A DNA stretch of 64,000 bases from Anthoceros angustus (taxonomy: Eukaryota > Plantae > Anthocerotophyta): NCBI GenBank assembly GCA_010909165.1, contig MU008164.1, positions 744,001 through 808,000 on the forward strand. The letters run 5' to 3'. Below the pieces are notes generated by a model, which was not told where the DNA came from, did not search any database, and saw nothing but the letters and a program-made list of their open reading frames with translations. The position numbers and the translations under genes are program-made. Numbering within the stretch: the first letter of the stretch is position 1; each line of letters begins with the position of its first letter. Shown here one piece after another: positions 60,785-64,000 of this stretch.

Positions 60785-61212
60785 TTCTCCAACCCTCCCG
60801 CTTCCGGCAGCTTGCGTCACCCAATCAGCCCACGTTGCACCGCATCTTGCACCCGATGCCGTGTAGACCTCAGAGTTGTCTTCACACTTACATCTTCATT
60901 CGGTGTGGGAGATGGTCAACCCTAAGCACCGATTCCATCGTCTGCCATTTTTCCGAAGCACATATCACGTTTTTGTCATCGGCAGCTGCATCTGGCATTT
61001 CTCATCAACCGTGTTCATGCTTTCACTCCAATCTCAACCCCTTTCATGCTCATCACATCATCTGCTTTCCTGACTGGAAACACCAGATTTTCAAAGGTCT
61101 GATGTCCATAGCTGGAATTCGACAACCTCTTCGTTGTCAGAACTGCACATAGATATCCATGGCATGTAAAGTTTGTATTGGTAGACTTAATCTTTATAAA
61201 AAATAATAGGAA

Positions 61213-61560
61213 AGACTTTATAAATTTTCAGAGATGGAATTCCCATTTAAATTGAGGCGGTGGGAACAACCCTCTGAAGGGCCAAGCCAAGGGGACTAGC
61301 CCCATGCGAAGTTACGTGCTGCTCCCAATATATTATAGTCAGAAATAGGGGAGGGCCCTGAAGGGTTGCTGCGTCCTTTGGGTTCCAAGCTTCTTAAAAT
61401 TTGCCTTTCCCAAGGCCCTCTACACAACGATGGATATTCGTTATTGCGTCCTCCGGTTCGAAGCCGTCTTGAAAATTGCATTGCCCAAGGCTATTTGCAG
61501 GGCGATGGATATATTCATTGCTGCAAGAATGCCACCGCACAAGATAGAGGGAGACCTAAC
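61213..61560 (-). mobile_element. 3' fragment of a second, diverged CRE-like non-LTR element
   Basis: PLSCAVAFLQQ*ISIALQIALGNAIF and GPSPISDYNILG match PLSSVVAYFRQRVSIALQRAWANTIF and RPFPISDDNILG of the 39-kb element. Both share the terminal AGACTTTATAAAT...GAGATGG. Confidence 0.7.
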
Positions 61561-61964
61561 TAGTTTGTGTGGATGTGGTAAGCTTTAGCACAATCCTTGA
61601 TAAACCTCAAAAAATATAAGTAATAATGAGTAGAAAGAAAGAATTAAATAGGTACCTAGGCCTAGGTAGTATGAAAAGTTTATTTCGCGAGCCAAGGGTT
61701 TTTTTATGTTAGATGTTATCAATTTGTCATATTATTAGTTCATCGAGATCCAAGGTGTTTTTCTCCTATATATGTATGTAATCACTGAATTAAATAGGAA
61801 GTGCAAAAGAGTAATTAGAGAGCAAAGGATATTTTATGTTAGATATTGGCAATTTTTTTCTATTACTAATTCCTCGAGATCCAAGGTGTTTTTCTTTTAT
61901 GTATGTGATCACTGGATGGACACTAGTCGCATAGAGTTCTTGTGTTATATGAAGTGGTGACATT

Positions 61965-63110
61965 ATGAAGTATAGAAATTGGTTTCTCCTTCATGTATTC
62001 TTCCTTATTAGTACATGTTTATTGCTCACGGTTCAAACTGGTGTTCAAGATGTGAATTATGCTTTATGTCACCATGTTGTGGAGTCTTGGGCGCAACGAG
62101 AGCATCTAAAGATGACTGAAGTTTTCGAACAGCCTCAAGAGTCTTTCAAGATGAAGGACTTGCTATTCTTCCTGCATATTCCTCGTACTGGCGGTCGTAC
62201 TTATGCACAATGTGCACTGCGATATTTTTTCACAAGAAAAGAGATATGTCCAAATTCCTACGACACGTGGCGTTTTGATGTTGATAAACCCAGTTGCAAG
62301 GTGATATCTACGCATGATGATTACAGTATCACTACAAGATTACCTCAAGGACGGACTTCGGTTATTGTGAATATGCGGGATCCGCTTCAGAGAGTGCTCA
62401 GTGCATATGAATTTGCTATTGAAGTTGGTGGACGGAATGCTGATTTGCCATTGCAAACAGGACGGGAACAACAAAGTGGAATTGCATCGACAAATGTGCA
62501 CAAGGATAATTCTACCACGAAGCACCTATAATGTGTGGCCTTGGAAGTATTTGGCTCCTTTTTCGTGAAGATATACGCAATGTGAAGCATCTCTCATGAC
62601 GCTGAAAAAGGTTTGGATGTAAATGAGCTTGTTGAGAGATCTATTCTAGAAAGTGTATCAAATGATGAGCATGCAAAACCTATTGGTAGTCCTTATGATA
62701 TGCCAGACATTGTTATGCCTCTTGATGAGTTTTTAAGGCACCCAATAGCTATGGAGCTTATACACAATGGTGCTACGTTTCAAGTAGCAGGGTTGTCCAA
62801 TAATTCCATTACGGTAGTGGAAATCGCCATCAGCGTGCGAATTCACTTGGAAGCTGACGTTCTCTACGTGGCTAAGAGGAAGCTGGATCAAATGTTATTT
62901 GTAGGCTTGACCGATCAACATGAAGATTCTTAAGGATGATTATGAAAATTATATCTCAAAACATGTTATCAAGTCAAGAACTGGGGAAAATGATCAAAAC
63001 TTGTTAAAGAATGATTCTGCCTACAAACAATTATGTTGGAGTGCACGTCGAGGAATCAATGGAAAAGTATAAGAAGTGTTTGAAGAATTTGAGATCTACA
63101 CATGATCAAC
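61965..63110 (+). CDS. TPST: Plant-type tyrosylprotein sulfotransferase-like gene, apparently intronless, with frameshifts, cut by a duplication junction at ~63112
   Basis: Signal/anchor N-terminus, DLLFFLHIPRTGGRTY, THDDYS, RDPLQRVLSAYEF..EV, VWPWKYL, ELIHNGATFQVAGL.NNS and LDQMLFVGLT. Confidence 0.8.
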
Positions 63111-63347
63111 GTGTCATATTATTAGTTCATCGAGATCCAAGGTGTTTTCTCCTATATATGTATGTAATCACTGAATTAAATAGGAAGTGCAAAGAGTAAT
63201 TAGAGAGCAAAGGATATTTTATGTTAGATATTGGCAATTTTTCTATTACTAATTCCTCGAGATCCAAGGTGTTTTTCTTTTATGTATGTGATCACTTTGG
63301 ATGGACACTAGTCATAGAGTTCTTGTGTTATATGAAGTGGTGACATT

Positions 63348-64000
63348 ATGAAGTATAGAAATTGGTTTCTCCTTCATGTATTCTTCCTTATTAGTACATG
63401 TTTATTGCTCACGGTTCAAACTGGTGTTCAAGATGTGAATTATGCTTTATGTCACCATGTTGTGGAGTCTTGGGCGCAACGAGAGCATCTAAAGATGACT
63501 GAAGTTTTCGAACAGCCTCAAGAGTCTTTCAAGATGAAGGACTTGCTATTCTTCCTGCATATTCCTCGTACTGGCGGTCGTACTTATGCACAATGTGCCT
63601 TTGCGATATTTTTCACAAGAAAGAGATATGTCCAAATTCCTACGACACGTGGCGTTTGATGTTGATAAACCCGGTTGCAAGGTGATATCTACGCATGATG
63701 ATTACAGTATCACTACAAGATTACCTCAAGGACGGACTTCGGTTATTGTGAATATGCGGGATCCGCTTCAGAGAGTGCTCAGTGCATATGAATTTGCTAT
63801 TGAAGTTGGTGGACGGAATGCTGATTTGCCATTGCAAACAGGACGGGAACAACAAAGTGGAATTGCATCAGCAAATGTGCACAAGGATAATTCTACTACA
63901 GTAAGCACCTATAATGTGTGGCCTTGGAAGTATTTGGCTCCTTTTTTTCAGGAAGATATACGCAACAGGAAAGCTGTCTCTCATGACGCTGAAAAAGGTT
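63348..64000 (+). CDS. TPST: Second copy of the TPST-like gene (runs off the window)
   Basis: 63113-64000 repeats ~61726-62615 almost exactly, with the same N-terminal 84 aa. Confidence 0.75.

Overview
Land-plant nuclear DNA. The KPAxA/HAEKL-type DYW domains point to a lineage with U-to-C organellar RNA editing; a hornwort is the best guess, and a fern or lycophyte is possible. 1-25 kb: a Ty1/copia element (A; TG..CA LTRs, TSD GCGGC) with a second copia (B; TA..TA LTRs, TSD GAAGC) nested in its RNase H. B carries an extra antisense coding-like segment. This region is scrambled into direct and inverted fragments joined at short microhomologies and is rich in indels, which looks like amplification chimeras or a poor consensus. 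26-39 kb: an LRR receptor-like protein gene and two PLS-class PPR genes with DYW:KP domains (one intact, one broken). Both PPR genes carry an N-terminal PDF motif of the OSB organellar ssDNA-binding proteins, which is the most interesting signal in the window. 39-49.5 kb: a CRE-like non-LTR element with a restriction-like endonuclease. It contains a rearranged third copia (C; TA..TA LTRs, TSD GTAGT), which in turn contains a TA-flanked MITE and an unclassified 4-bp-TSD DNA transposon with a GC-rich hairpin array. 49.7-64 kb: staggered duplications of a gene with a C-terminal winged-helix-like motif, a 7-exon peptidyl-tRNA hydrolase 2 gene, and an apparently intronless, duplicated tyrosylprotein sulfotransferase-like gene. 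All calls come from reading motifs by eye; no searches were run.
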